Below the pieces are notes generated by a model. The model did no database searches, was not told the origin of the DNA, and saw only the letters and a list, made by a program, of their open reading frames with translations. 30,753 bases of DNA from an uncultured Nitrososphaerota archaeon (lineage in GTDB: Archaea; Asgardarchaeota; Njordarchaeia; Njordarchaeales; Njordarchaeaceae), in contig CAZFGR010000018.1 of the NCBI GenBank assembly GCA_964518475.1, positions 1 to 30,753 on the forward strand, read 5' to 3'. The translations under genes were made by a program, and so were the position numbers. Positions 18,470 through 27,856 of the stretch are shown here, piece after piece (position 1 is the stretch's first letter; each line of letters starts with the position of its first letter).

Positions 18470-18636
18470 TCTGGATCACCAGCCAAGGGAGGTTTTACCT
18501 ATCATTTTTAAGGTGATGTTATCTTCGAAACACAGACTAAGAGACGTAACGGAAAGAGAGTTAAAAGTTTTGTCTCTCTTAGGATTCCTATACTCCCTCA
18601 CCAAAAATGGATTAAGAGAGGTAAGCGTGAGTGAAT

Positions 18637-19050
18637 CTAAAATTCTTGAAAAACACGAGATATGGGTTCATCTCCTATGGCGATTTCGAGTTTTAGAAAA
18701 TAACCAAAGGGCGTGACGTGCACATCAAAATTCTTGTGTGAGAGCTTCTCCGCTATTCTACTGATGATAGCTTCAGCTTCTTCTGGACTCGCCTTGCTAC
18801 TGGATAGGTGGGCAAATGAATGTAATACTATTCTTCGAGACTCCGTTTTTCTTGCATACCAACTGAGAATCCTTACGGCTCTCTCAACGACTTTCTTGGC
18901 TTCTTTAACATCCTTTTCTTCAACATGAATGAATGCTACTGGAACATCTTTAGCCTCCCACTGTTTACCTATAATAGATTCATTATTTCCAAAGCTCTTT
19001 CTTCCTACACGGTAGCGAAATTTTTTCGTGTACAGAAGGAGGATTCGCAT
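18637..19050 (-). CDS. Free-standing archaeal-type threonyl-tRNA synthetase editing domain
   Basis: MRILLL, FIHVEEKD, IVLHSFAHLS, PFGY; 137 aa with no catalytic domain. Confidence 0.88.
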   Translation of the reverse strand: MRILLLYTKKFRYRVGRKSFGNNESIIGKQWEAKDVPVAFIHVEEKDVKEAKKVVERAVRILSWYARKTESRRIVLHSFAHLSSSKASPEEAEAIISRIAEKLSHKNFDVHVTPFGYFLKLEIAIGDEPISRVFQEF

Positions 19051-19139
19051 CCTTCTTTCCCACTATACGAACATTTAATCCATATCTTTCACTATTTTTA
19101 GAAGATATGAATACCTCTGATCTATGAGGGCTATTCTTC

Positions 19140-20396
19140 ATGATTGATGAAACTATTTACTATGCAAAACCGTTTGTGAGACAAGAGATCTATGAATTCT
19201 CCAAAAACAGGTGGGTTGCTATTCATTGTAAAGCCAAGGATAAAAGTGGTAGACAAGTTCTAATTAGGTATCTGAAGAATAAGCCGTTGGTAATTAATAA
19301 GCCAGAAGATATCGGAGTAATAATGAATAGGTTTAGAGCTTTAAAACCAAGAACTTTTTACGCGACAGCTAATATCTATAAAGATCTCTCAACCAAAGAT
19401 AAAGTACTTGATTACTACAATAATGTGATAGCAAAAACGCCGACATGGGATATTGATAGTAGCATAGAACAGTGGGACTGGACTCTAAAGGTAGGAGAAA
19501 TAATAGTCGAGGCGCTAGCCAGAGAGGGGGTAACAGAGTCGGTATATCTAAAATGGTCTGGTAATGGCTTACATATTCATATTCATGAAAAAGCTTTCTC
19601 TAATAATGTATACGCGGAAATAAAACCACTCGATTTAGCGTATGCCGTAGTAGAATATATTTTGAAGAAATTTCGAAAAGATATAGAGAAGATAAGTGAA
19701 AGAGCGCCAAAACCTATCAAAGTTGAGAATTTAATGGATCCTCAGAGAGTCTTTACAGCACCTATGAGCCTCCATAGGGAACTTGATGTAGTATGTGTAG
19801 CTTTTAAACCAGATGAGATGGGTGATTTTAATCTTTCTTGGGTAGATCCTAGAAAACCAAGGCATAATCCTAATTGGAGGAAATTTGTTGAGGGAGAAGC
19901 CGACGAATTAGCGAGAAAAGCCTTCAAAGAAATAGGACCGTACACAATTAAGTCAGAATCTGTCAAATTACGAGAGATAGAAGAGAGAATCCAAGAAGTA
20001 ATAGAAAGTGCAAAGAAAGAACAGCCTAAACCAGTTCAAGCTTTAGATTTTTCTCTCGAGCAACTAAAATTCAATCCTACGCCACCTCCAATTCAGGGAG
20101 GGAGAGAATTTTCTAAAGGACCTATTGAAGCATTCCTGAAAATAGAAGATATTCTAAGTCATTTTGCTTTAGGGAATATTTCTCTGGATCACGCTATAAG
20201 AGCGCTGAATTATGCTAGATTCGCTATTATTCCTTATCAAAAATATCCAAAGGAAGCAATTGAGAAACTAGATAAGCTCTATGATGAAGCTGTGAAATTA
20301 TTAGTGAAATTAAGAACACCAGAAAGAGTGAAGCAGTGGTTAGAGCAGCGAGGCTATAGGAAAGTGGTAAAAAGACTTGATGAGTTCTTTAAATAA
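19140..20396 (+). CDS. Archaeo-eukaryotic primase (AEP) superfamily protein with C-terminal helical domain
   Basis: Motif I WDID, motif II KWSGNGLHIH, motif III-like MDPQRVFTAPMSLH. Confidence 0.8.
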   Translation: MIDETIYYAKPFVRQEIYEFSKNRWVAIHCKAKDKSGRQVLIRYLKNKPLVINKPEDIGVIMNRFRALKPRTFYATANIYKDLSTKDKVLDYYNNVIAKTPTWDIDSSIEQWDWTLKVGEIIVEALAREGVTESVYLKWSGNGLHIHIHEKAFSNNVYAEIKPLDLAYAVVEYILKKFRKDIEKISERAPKPIKVENLMDPQRVFTAPMSLHRELDVVCVAFKPDEMGDFNLSWVDPRKPRHNPNWRKFVEGEADELARKAFKEIGPYTIKSESVKLREIEERIQEVIESAKKEQPKPVQALDFSLEQLKFNPTPPPIQGGREFSKGPIEAFLKIEDILSHFALGNISLDHAIRALNYARFAIIPYQKYPKEAIEKLDKLYDEAVKLLVKLRTPERVKQWLEQRGYRKVVKRLDEFFK

Positions 20397-20477
20397 GATA
20401 AGCAGAAATGCCTGTACGTCACTTGTTCGTCAAAACATAAATCAACTACCATATTGATTCCCTAGCACATCTTTCTC

Positions 20478-21398
20478 TCAGATTTTTATCGATGAGAGGA
20501 TTCTTTTTCCAATGATTTCTAAGAATTTGGGGGTAATTTTATCAAAATCCATTAATGGAATTTCTACGATCGGTATGGAGCGGCTCTTTATAAGGTTTTC
20601 GAGTTTCGCTATATTGCTTCTTTGGCTTTTTAGCCGATTAACTAAGTAGCCCTTAGACTTAAGTGAGGCTTGGAGTACCATATTTAGGATTAGTCCGCCA
20701 ATATGTATTTTGAAAAGGTCTAGATCCCTAATAATGCGTTTGGTTATTTCTATGCTCAGAGAATCTGGGGTCGTAATCACTAATGCTCGGTGATCAGAAC
20801 TATTGAGCATCTCGAATATGTTCTCAGCAAGCTCTCTCCACTCCATAATTAACTTAAGAGGTGACTTAGTTTTCCTCTTTCTGAGAGATCTGATAAAGCC
20901 TTTTAGCCTCATATACATTTTTGCAGCATCGCCTAAGTGCGAATAAAACTGTTTCTCAAGCCATAATAGTCTTAATGCATCCCCTGCTGCTGGTAGATCC
21001 CATACAATATACTCAAAATCTTCTTCTTTGTAGAATTCGTAAAGTACGTAGAGCATGAATTCATCACTAATTCCAGGGGCTCCAGCGATATAATCGATAA
21101 TCTCTCTACCTACTGGGAGAAAAGCCGATATAACTTCGTATACTTCATCACCAAAACGCTTCTTCCACAAAGTAATAACATCTTCTGGTGTAACTTCATA
21201 GATGTATAGAGAGGGGAGATTCGGGACTTGAAAAAGTCCTTGGCAATTAAGATTAAAAATTGATGAAATGGTAGGAGCAAAATCCATAGTTAGTAATAGG
21301 GTTTTATACCCATCACGAGCAAGACAATAAGTAAGAGAAGAAGCACATGTAGACTTGCCGACTCCACCCTTGCCCCAAATAGAAATTATTTGAACCAC
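20478..21398 (-). CDS. ArsA/GET3-family ATPase (single domain)
   Basis: GKGGVGKST, PGISDEF, WDLPAAGDALRLL, LILN. Confidence 0.88.
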   Translation of the reverse strand: MVQIISIWGKGGVGKSTCASSLTYCLARDGYKTLLLTMDFAPTISSIFNLNCQGLFQVPNLPSLYIYEVTPEDVITLWKKRFGDEVYEVISAFLPVGREIIDYIAGAPGISDEFMLYVLYEFYKEEDFEYIVWDLPAAGDALRLLWLEKQFYSHLGDAAKMYMRLKGFIRSLRKRKTKSPLKLIMEWRELAENIFEMLNSSDHRALVITTPDSLSIEITKRIIRDLDLFKIHIGGLILNMVLQASLKSKGYLVNRLKSQRSNIAKLENLIKSRSIPIVEIPLMDFDKITPKFLEIIGKRILSSIKI

Positions 21399-21528
21399 GT
21401 TATTTCCTCCTCAAACAGGTAGTTATTCCGCACTAATGTATTTTCTGAGTCAACGATATGCATTCTCGAAATCTTCTGGTTTTTAGCAATCCCGTTATTC
21501 GCATTAAAATTGATAGCAATTTTTATTT

Positions 21529-21987
21529 TTGCATATGTTTTTATTCATATCGGTGAAATCAATGCTCGAACAACCTTTGAGAAGACGACTGTTGTTAATA
21601 GTTAGCATCCTGATGATCGTTTCGAATATCGGTTTATCAACGGTCTCTTGGAGGGTTATTAGAGAAGCTTCAATACTAGCTTTCGGACACACTCTATTAG
21701 CTACGAGTGTTAGTTATCTCGCTCAATTCGCGATAAATCTATTACTAATAGCGGGCATTATGCTTCTTCTCTATGCTACGGTTAAAAGTTTTAGTAAGCT
21801 ATTTGGGGAAGACATTGTTGGTAAGAGCTTAGTATTGGCAACCATAGGGCTGATAGCAAGTTTCTTGCTGCTCCTATTGATATCCATTACAGACCAATCT
21901 TGGATGGACTATGCCAAATACATTAGTATCCAAGTGGTGAGTTATGCTGGATTGATGACGTATAGGGCACTTACTTTCCAGCCCTAG
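21529..21987 (+). CDS. Small hypothetical membrane protein (about 4 TM)
   Basis: Four hydrophobic stretches; start uncertain (GTG 21553 or ATG 21562). Confidence 0.6.
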   Translation: MHMFLFISVKSMLEQPLRRRLLLIVSILMIVSNIGLSTVSWRVIREASILAFGHTLLATSVSYLAQFAINLLLIAGIMLLLYATVKSFSKLFGEDIVGKSLVLATIGLIASFLLLLLISITDQSWMDYAKYISIQVVSYAGLMTYRALTFQP

Positions 21988-22732
21988 CCACTATGTAAAA
22001 GATTTTTTCAGAATACGGATTCTCATACTCAATTACTTCCCAACCAGTTTCAGAAAGCATACTGATTAATTCTTTCAACGAGTAGATTAAAATACGTGCT
22101 TCTGCGTGACCAAGAAAAAGCATCCTATTTTCAACAGTTCTATAAAATGACCAATCAATACGAAGCCTTGACTCATCTTCTATGAAATTCATTTCTACCC
22201 TAACGGCAAAATCCCCAAAAATAAAGTGACCTGGTAAGTTCAGTGAACAGTAATCCTTGATTTTTTCACGCAGTATCAAGTCATACAACACGAGTAATCC
22301 CATAGGTTTAACGATTTTTCCTACTCTTGATAATATCTCCTTATCAGTTTCTGGTTCGTAATAACCTAGGCTTTGCCAAACTATGATGACAGCGTCAAAC
22401 TTTTTGTTCACGATTTCATCGACTTGTCGAGCATCGCCTAGAATGAAAAATGTTTTAGAGGACACATTATATTTCCTAGCGTTTTCTCTAGCTTTCTTTA
22501 TAAAGAATGGTGAAAAATCCACGCCAGTTACTCTATATCCTTTCTTGGCTAGAAAGATGCTTATTCTACCATCCCCACACATAAGATCTAGAATATCTCC
22601 TCGTATCACGCCGTACTTAGCGAGTAAAGAAGATATTTTCTCGGAATCTTTATTAGCATTTCTCCACTTTATCTGTGAAAGAATCCAGAAGAGATTTGCC
22701 TTATCAATAAATGTTTTAGTAGTCCATTCCAT
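21971..22732 (-). CDS. Class I SAM-dependent methyltransferase
   Basis: ILDLMCGDGR, VTGVDFS, GDAR, FDAV, KPMG. Confidence 0.9.
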   Translation of the reverse strand: MEWTTKTFIDKANLFWILSQIKWRNANKDSEKISSLLAKYGVIRGDILDLMCGDGRISIFLAKKGYRVTGVDFSPFFIKKARENARKYNVSSKTFFILGDARQVDEIVNKKFDAVIIVWQSLGYYEPETDKEILSRVGKIVKPMGLLVLYDLILREKIKDYCSLNLPGHFIFGDFAVRVEMNFIEDESRLRIDWSFYRTVENRMLFLGHAEARILIYSLKELISMLSETGWEVIEYENPYSEKIFYIVARAGK

Positions 22733-22776
22733 AGTGGGACCATCGTTAAGAGAGTTCTTTTAATGGTAATATCCTG

Positions 22777-23526
22777 TTAGATATCAATAATAATTTCTTT
22801 ATGATTATGTTTCCAATAAGCGAATTCTTCGGGGACATTCTTTGGTCTACCTTTCACGAGCAAATATTTTTTCACTTTCTTCGTCACCGCAATAACTCCT
22901 CCGGGGAAATGTTCTTTTGTCCAAATATTTTTTAATAGCTTAGCGCTAGCCTTTGCACAATGTATTAACCAAGCTGGAGAATCGGGGCAGTCGAAAAAGA
23001 AAGCATTACGAGGAAGTTTTCCTTCTCCAATCTCTATAAGTGCTTTATAAGTCGCTAAACGGTAAGCTCTTACATTTAGGATTACGATAATCCATTCGAA
23101 ATGATATTTGGAGAGTATTCTCTTCAAACCTATTTTGACATAATAAGCATGCTTATAGAGGTTCTCGAAGTTATTTCTAACGAATTCGATCCAACTTGGT
23201 TTTATGTCGTGGCCTTTTACTCTTATCATTTCTTCTGGAGTCGCTAGAACAACAGCTCCTAATCTTTCTTTATCGTTATTCGGGTCCTTAAAGGTTATTA
23301 TAGAGTCCACTGCTGCAAACTGGATTCTTGAAAGATCTATTTTCTCGCGAGAATATATTCGGAGAATAATCTCCCAGCTTTTGCTCTCGAAGTAATTCCC
23401 ATTCTTAGCGCCTGGATTACATGGTAAAATTAGGAGTGTATCGCTTTTCATAGGTCTTCGCTCCAGAGATGCTCTAGGTCTTAAAAATGAAAACTTATAA
23501 GTTGCTATAAAGACAATTCTATGCAT
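22777..23526 (-). CDS. Hypothetical protein, possibly diverged DUF5591/ArcS-core-like
   Basis: LLILPC...YFESKSW...F...DS...LGAVV...EE...GHDIKP follows the order of DUF5591 motifs; true start is likely the internal MKSDT. Confidence 0.5.
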   Translation of the reverse strand: MHRIVFIATYKFSFLRPRASLERRPMKSDTLLILPCNPGAKNGNYFESKSWEIILRIYSREKIDLSRIQFAAVDSIITFKDPNNDKERLGAVVLATPEEMIRVKGHDIKPSWIEFVRNNFENLYKHAYYVKIGLKRILSKYHFEWIIVILNVRAYRLATYKALIEIGEGKLPRNAFFFDCPDSPAWLIHCAKASAKLLKNIWTKEHFPGGVIAVTKKVKKYLLVKGRPKNVPEEFAYWKHNHKEIIIDI

Positions 23527-23627
23527 GTGTTTTGCTAGAGACTTAAAAAAATGATCAGGAAGGTTTGAGCGGGAAATGCATAGTGATCAAGGAGTTTCCT
23601 CAAGGATGTTAAGCAAGGGGGCTATTA

Positions 23628-24824
23628 ATGGTCGACATACGAGAATATCTAAGAGAGTTCATACGGCAAGAAAGGGATATTCTATTGGGTTTATCAGTAG
23701 ATATCACAGGACTGTTTGCTGGGTTTACAGCAACGCTTCTTCTTCCATATCTCAGTAAGGTTGAGTGGATTCTTCTTGTAATACCTATTCTTCTCACAGT
23801 TAGAGGGGCCGTAAATGGCGTGTTTTCTGGGAGATTAACAACTAGTTTGCACTTAGGAGTTATCTATCCCCATCTCTATAAAAACACGATCGAGTACTAC
23901 TCCTTGCTTGCAAGTGTCTTCTTCCTAGGGATTATGAACGGTTTAATAGCTTCTTTCATCATCGGTATTTATTTATGGGATCCCACAAAATTCCTAATTA
24001 GTTCTATTGTGATAGTCACTCTCTTTTTCATAGCAACAACTTTTTCATTACTAGTAACCAGTTTGGTAGGGTTTTTAGCGTTCAGATCTGGATTAGACCC
24101 AGACGTTATCGTCTATCCCATTATGTCAACAACAAATGACGTATTTGGATCTCTCTTTCTTTTAGTGGTAATTATTTTACTAGAACCGTGGAATCCTATC
24201 AATTGTTTAATTAGGGGAGCTCCCGTAATTGCCTTAGTAGCATTACTGCTCGCTATCATCCTTAAGAAATACTGGGAAATGAGTGTTTTCAGAAAAACAT
24301 TGACGGAGTCGTATATGGGGGTTATTTTTTCTCTCATTCTTTCAAGCTTAGCTGGTTATGTTCTCTCGCTTCTCAAAGACAAGATAATAATTTTTCCCGG
24401 AATCTTAGTGGCTTTGCCAGCAATGATGGATACTATAGGGGATGTAGGATCAATAATAGCATCAACGATTACGACGAAACTTCATATAGGAGAAATAATG
24501 CCTGATTATACTTCTAAGAATTTTCTACGAATACTCATCCAACAGAGTCTCCCCGTGATTCTCCCTATGATATTTCTAGTCCTGCTTTATGCTGGCCTAG
24601 CGTCTTTTATGACGAGACTAAGTCTTGTAGACTTTCCTTTTCTCCTCATGATATACTCCATTACCGGTATTATTGCGTATTGTGCAATATCTGTCCTTGC
24701 CTTAGCGATAGCGATAATTACATTTAGATATGGTATAGACCCTGATAATGTCTCGATACCGATTATCACGGCAACAGCGGATTTATTAACCGTAACTACA
24801 GTATATCTGATCGTATCTGTTTAG
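23628..24824 (+). CDS. MgtE/SLC41-type divalent cation transporter (duplicated membrane domain)
   Basis: RGAVNGVFSGRLTTSLHLG / GDVGSIIASTITTKLHIG and GLDPD..P..T.ND / GIDPDN..PIITATAD repeats. Confidence 0.9.
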   Translation: MVDIREYLREFIRQERDILLGLSVDITGLFAGFTATLLLPYLSKVEWILLVIPILLTVRGAVNGVFSGRLTTSLHLGVIYPHLYKNTIEYYSLLASVFFLGIMNGLIASFIIGIYLWDPTKFLISSIVIVTLFFIATTFSLLVTSLVGFLAFRSGLDPDVIVYPIMSTTNDVFGSLFLLVVIILLEPWNPINCLIRGAPVIALVALLLAIILKKYWEMSVFRKTLTESYMGVIFSLILSSLAGYVLSLLKDKIIIFPGILVALPAMMDTIGDVGSIIASTITTKLHIGEIMPDYTSKNFLRILIQQSLPVILPMIFLVLLYAGLASFMTRLSLVDFPFLLMIYSITGIIAYCAISVLALAIAIITFRYGIDPDNVSIPIITATADLLTVTTVYLIVSV

Positions 24825-24930
24825 ATTTTAGATTAAATAAAATAATGGAGGATCCTTCGCTACATATTTGCTCTAAAAGTAGATATAGAAAAAGCATTTA
24901 TTTCAGTGCTTCTCGATTATTTGATGAGGG

Positions 24931-25821
24931 GTGGAGACGATGAAGGTTGCAGTAGATTGTTTAGAGTGTTTATTTCACCGTGCTTTAGTGCTTACAAGGG
25001 ACATGCTCAAGCTCTCTCCAGAAGCGACCGTTGAAGCATGTAAGAAAGTTCTTCGCCTCCTGTTAAAAGAATTTAACCTAAATCAAGTACCTGCATGGCT
25101 TGGAACAAAGAGAGAAAAAATATTGCAGAGAGTACTTAAGGATCCGGATCCTTACAAAAAGTTTAAAGAAGAAACCACTATGTTGGTTATGAGACTTTGG
25201 AAAGAGGTTAGAGACAGATTTTTGGAGGGAGATGGTTTCGATACCTTTAGAAGACTATTACTTGCAGCGGCGGCAGCAAACTCGATAGATCCTTTTATTT
25301 TAGGTTATGACTTGAACCTTGATAATTTTCTGGAACAAGTAGCTAGTGCAGAGAAAAATCTAAGAATGGATCAATCAAGGGATCTTTGGAAAGATTTGTC
25401 CACGGCTAATAATGTACTGTATATTCTTGACAATGCGGGAGAGGCAGTAATAGATCTGGATGTAGTTCGGTTTATTAAGGAAAAACTCGGTAAGAAGGTA
25501 ATAGTAGCTGCTAGGGAGAAGCCCGTTCTCAACGATATTACCGTAGAAGAGGCCAAAAAACTAGGCTTTGGAGAAATCGCCGATAAGGTAGTTCCCGTGG
25601 GCTGGTTTATCGGTGTCTTCTTTAATGAGTTTGTAAATACTGAATTTCTGAAAACATTTGACGCTGCAGATCTGGTTATCGCGAAAGGAATGGCAGCATA
25701 CGAGAGCATGACAGAATATACATTCGAAAAACCAGTATACATAATCCTAAAAGCCAAGTGTAATCCAGTAGCTTCTCATATAGGAGTACCTCGTGGGAGT
25801 TATGTAATAAAAAGAATATGA
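24931..25821 (+). CDS. DUF89/ARMT1-like damage-control phosphatase
   Basis: DCLEC, ANSID, LDNAGEAVID, LND, AKGMAAYE, KAKC. Confidence 0.9.
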   Translation: METMKVAVDCLECLFHRALVLTRDMLKLSPEATVEACKKVLRLLLKEFNLNQVPAWLGTKREKILQRVLKDPDPYKKFKEETTMLVMRLWKEVRDRFLEGDGFDTFRRLLLAAAAANSIDPFILGYDLNLDNFLEQVASAEKNLRMDQSRDLWKDLSTANNVLYILDNAGEAVIDLDVVRFIKEKLGKKVIVAAREKPVLNDITVEEAKKLGFGEIADKVVPVGWFIGVFFNEFVNTEFLKTFDAADLVIAKGMAAYESMTEYTFEKPVYIILKAKCNPVASHIGVPRGSYVIKRI

Positions 25822-25836
25822 TAGATAAATACAAGC

Positions 25837-26013
25837 TCATCCCCAATAGCGTTTTTCAACTTTAACCCGTAGATTTCTCCCTAATGACTCTCTTAAGGAA
25901 GGATTATTAATCAAATTTCTCAAAAGCTTTTTCTAGTTCGCTTGTGTTACTAGTGTGGAATAATTTATCGCATCTACATAGTTCCTAAGCATAGCCCTAA
26001 ATTTTGGTATATT
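25837..26013 (-). pseudogene. Decayed C-terminal remnant of a GT4 glycosyltransferase
   Basis: Manual translation across frameshifts: NIPKFRAMLRNYVDAI / IIPH / SNTSELEKA / LRNLINNPSLRESLGRNLRVKVEKRYW, matching the GT4 C-terminal consensus; adjacent to a flippase. Confidence 0.65.
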
Positions 26014-26123
26014 GATACAAATTTTTGAATCATTTCAGAAAGTAAATTCTCTGAGCAATTATTTTTTATAGAATTGTTTAGTAAAGAATTATCTGTTCCC
26101 TAGAGTTCGGTGGGGGCTCAATA

Positions 26124-27698
26124 GTGGAGATGGTGGAGAGTATTTCGGAAGGAGCGAGAATAGCGCGAGGCACTTTTTGGTTAACGATGGGCAACCTAAT
26201 AGGTACAGGTATTTCAGCATTCGCCACCATCCTGATCGCTCGTTTCCTCGGCCCAAGTAACTATGGGATATACTCAGCAGCTCTAGCTCTCCTAGCAATA
26301 TTCGCTGCTGCGGATCTTGGTATTAATAGAGCAGCCACTTATTATATTTCAAAAAAGAGGGGGATAGGTGAAGATTACTACAGGTATATCATTGTTTCCT
26401 TAGGAGGAGCGCTTCTTTCTGGCATCGTGTTCTTAGGGATAATTTCTCTATTGGCTCCTCAAATTGCAGAAATAATATTTCAAAAAAGCTACTTGGCGCC
26501 GCTTTTCTATGTAGTAGCAATCATAGTTTTCTCAACAGCGATCACTAGGGTAGCTCAGGGTATACTACTCGGTCTAGAAAAATTCGAATTTATGGCTATG
26601 ATATCCATATTTTCATCCATTATTCGAAACATTTTTGCCATTCTCTTTATATTGATGGGTTTACAAGCTTTTGGAGCGATAACTGGACAGGGAATTGGAT
26701 ACTTTTCAGCCATGATACTGGCTGTCTCGTTGGTGTTTTTCTCTACGAGGAGAATTCGGCGAGAAAACAATGAATTGCTGCTTTCTGAAACTCTGCGTGA
26801 ATTATACTCTTACTCCCTCCCTTTAGCCATGACAATATTCGCTACAGCAATCTTTCAACAGTTCTATAACATATTAGCGGCACGCTCACTAAGTGATTTC
26901 GTATATGGTAACTTTTCGGCAGCATGGCTAGTTTTTGGTGCTACGCTCATGTTTCCTACAGCATTAGCCTCAGCGTTGTTTCCATCTCTATCCAAGCTAG
27001 CTAGTAAAGATAAAACGGTGGTATCTAGTAGTTTCTCTATTGCGACTAAATATGCCTCATTGATTCTCCTGCCCATAGCGATAGTTTTTATAGGCGTTCC
27101 CGATGAGCTAATAATGTTCTTCTATGGTCCAGAATATTATATGGCCGGATACTTCCTCCGCATACTCTCAACAGTTCTCCTATTATGTGTAATAGGTTTC
27201 GGAGTCATTAATCCGGCTCTTTTAAGTCTTCAAAGAACGAAAACCATAGCTATTATCTCGCTTATTGCAATAGTCGTCAGCTATGCTTTCATTACGATCT
27301 TTATAGGTTCAATTTCGGCATTATCTCTGATCATTGGCATTATAATCATGTATGCGCTAACTGTAATTCTGGGGTTTATTATTCTATGGCATGATTATGG
27401 AGTTACAATTGAGGTTTCTTCTTCCGTTAAACTACTCGTTGCGGCGATAGCTGGCCTAGCAGTTATATACTTTGTGAAGAATCTTTTCAGTAATATATTG
27501 CTATCTATGGGAATCTCAGCAATAATGGGAATCTCGATCTACCTAGCTCTAGCATCTATTTTAGGATCCCTTAACGAGAAAGATTATGGAAATCTCAGAA
27601 CATATTCAAGAGGAATTCCAATCCTCGCCCCAATCCTCTTACTAGCAATAAACATCATGGAGAAAACCTATCGATTAATCAGGGATCAACTATCCTAA
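26124..27698 (+). CDS. MOP-superfamily flippase (Wzx/RfbX/AglR-like oligosaccharide transporter)
   Basis: ARFLGPSNYGIY, DLGI, YSLPL, YGNFSAA, ALFPSLS, YGPEY; about 14 TM helices. Confidence 0.88.
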   Translation: MEMVESISEGARIARGTFWLTMGNLIGTGISAFATILIARFLGPSNYGIYSAALALLAIFAAADLGINRAATYYISKKRGIGEDYYRYIIVSLGGALLSGIVFLGIISLLAPQIAEIIFQKSYLAPLFYVVAIIVFSTAITRVAQGILLGLEKFEFMAMISIFSSIIRNIFAILFILMGLQAFGAITGQGIGYFSAMILAVSLVFFSTRRIRRENNELLLSETLRELYSYSLPLAMTIFATAIFQQFYNILAARSLSDFVYGNFSAAWLVFGATLMFPTALASALFPSLSKLASKDKTVVSSSFSIATKYASLILLPIAIVFIGVPDELIMFFYGPEYYMAGYFLRILSTVLLLCVIGFGVINPALLSLQRTKTIAIISLIAIVVSYAFITIFIGSISALSLIIGIIIMYALTVILGFIILWHDYGVTIEVSSSVKLLVAAIAGLAVIYFVKNLFSNILLSMGISAIMGISIYLALASILGSLNEKDYGNLRTYSRGIPILAPILLLAINIMEKTYRLIRDQLS

Positions 27699-27856
27699 CC
27701 TTTCACCACTAACTAAGTATGAGTCTTGAAAAGAATAACCCTCCGATCGTAAAAAGATGAAGGCAGTAACATAATACTTTTAGCAACGATTAAAGCTGTG
27801 TTATTTAATTTCTAAGAGAAGACTTTTGAAGCAGGTAATTATCAGGAGGGTTCTTC

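Noticed and set aside
18513-18716. 67-aa plus-strand ORF
   Set aside because: Overlaps the ThrRS-editing gene end and a probable promoter; no recognisable motif, though a GGTGA RBS-like sequence means it cannot be fully excluded
21422-21507. Imperfect direct repeat GTTATTC(C)GCA(C/T)TAA in the arsA spacer
   Set aside because: Short, imperfect and only two copies; not distinguishable from chance without a statistical test
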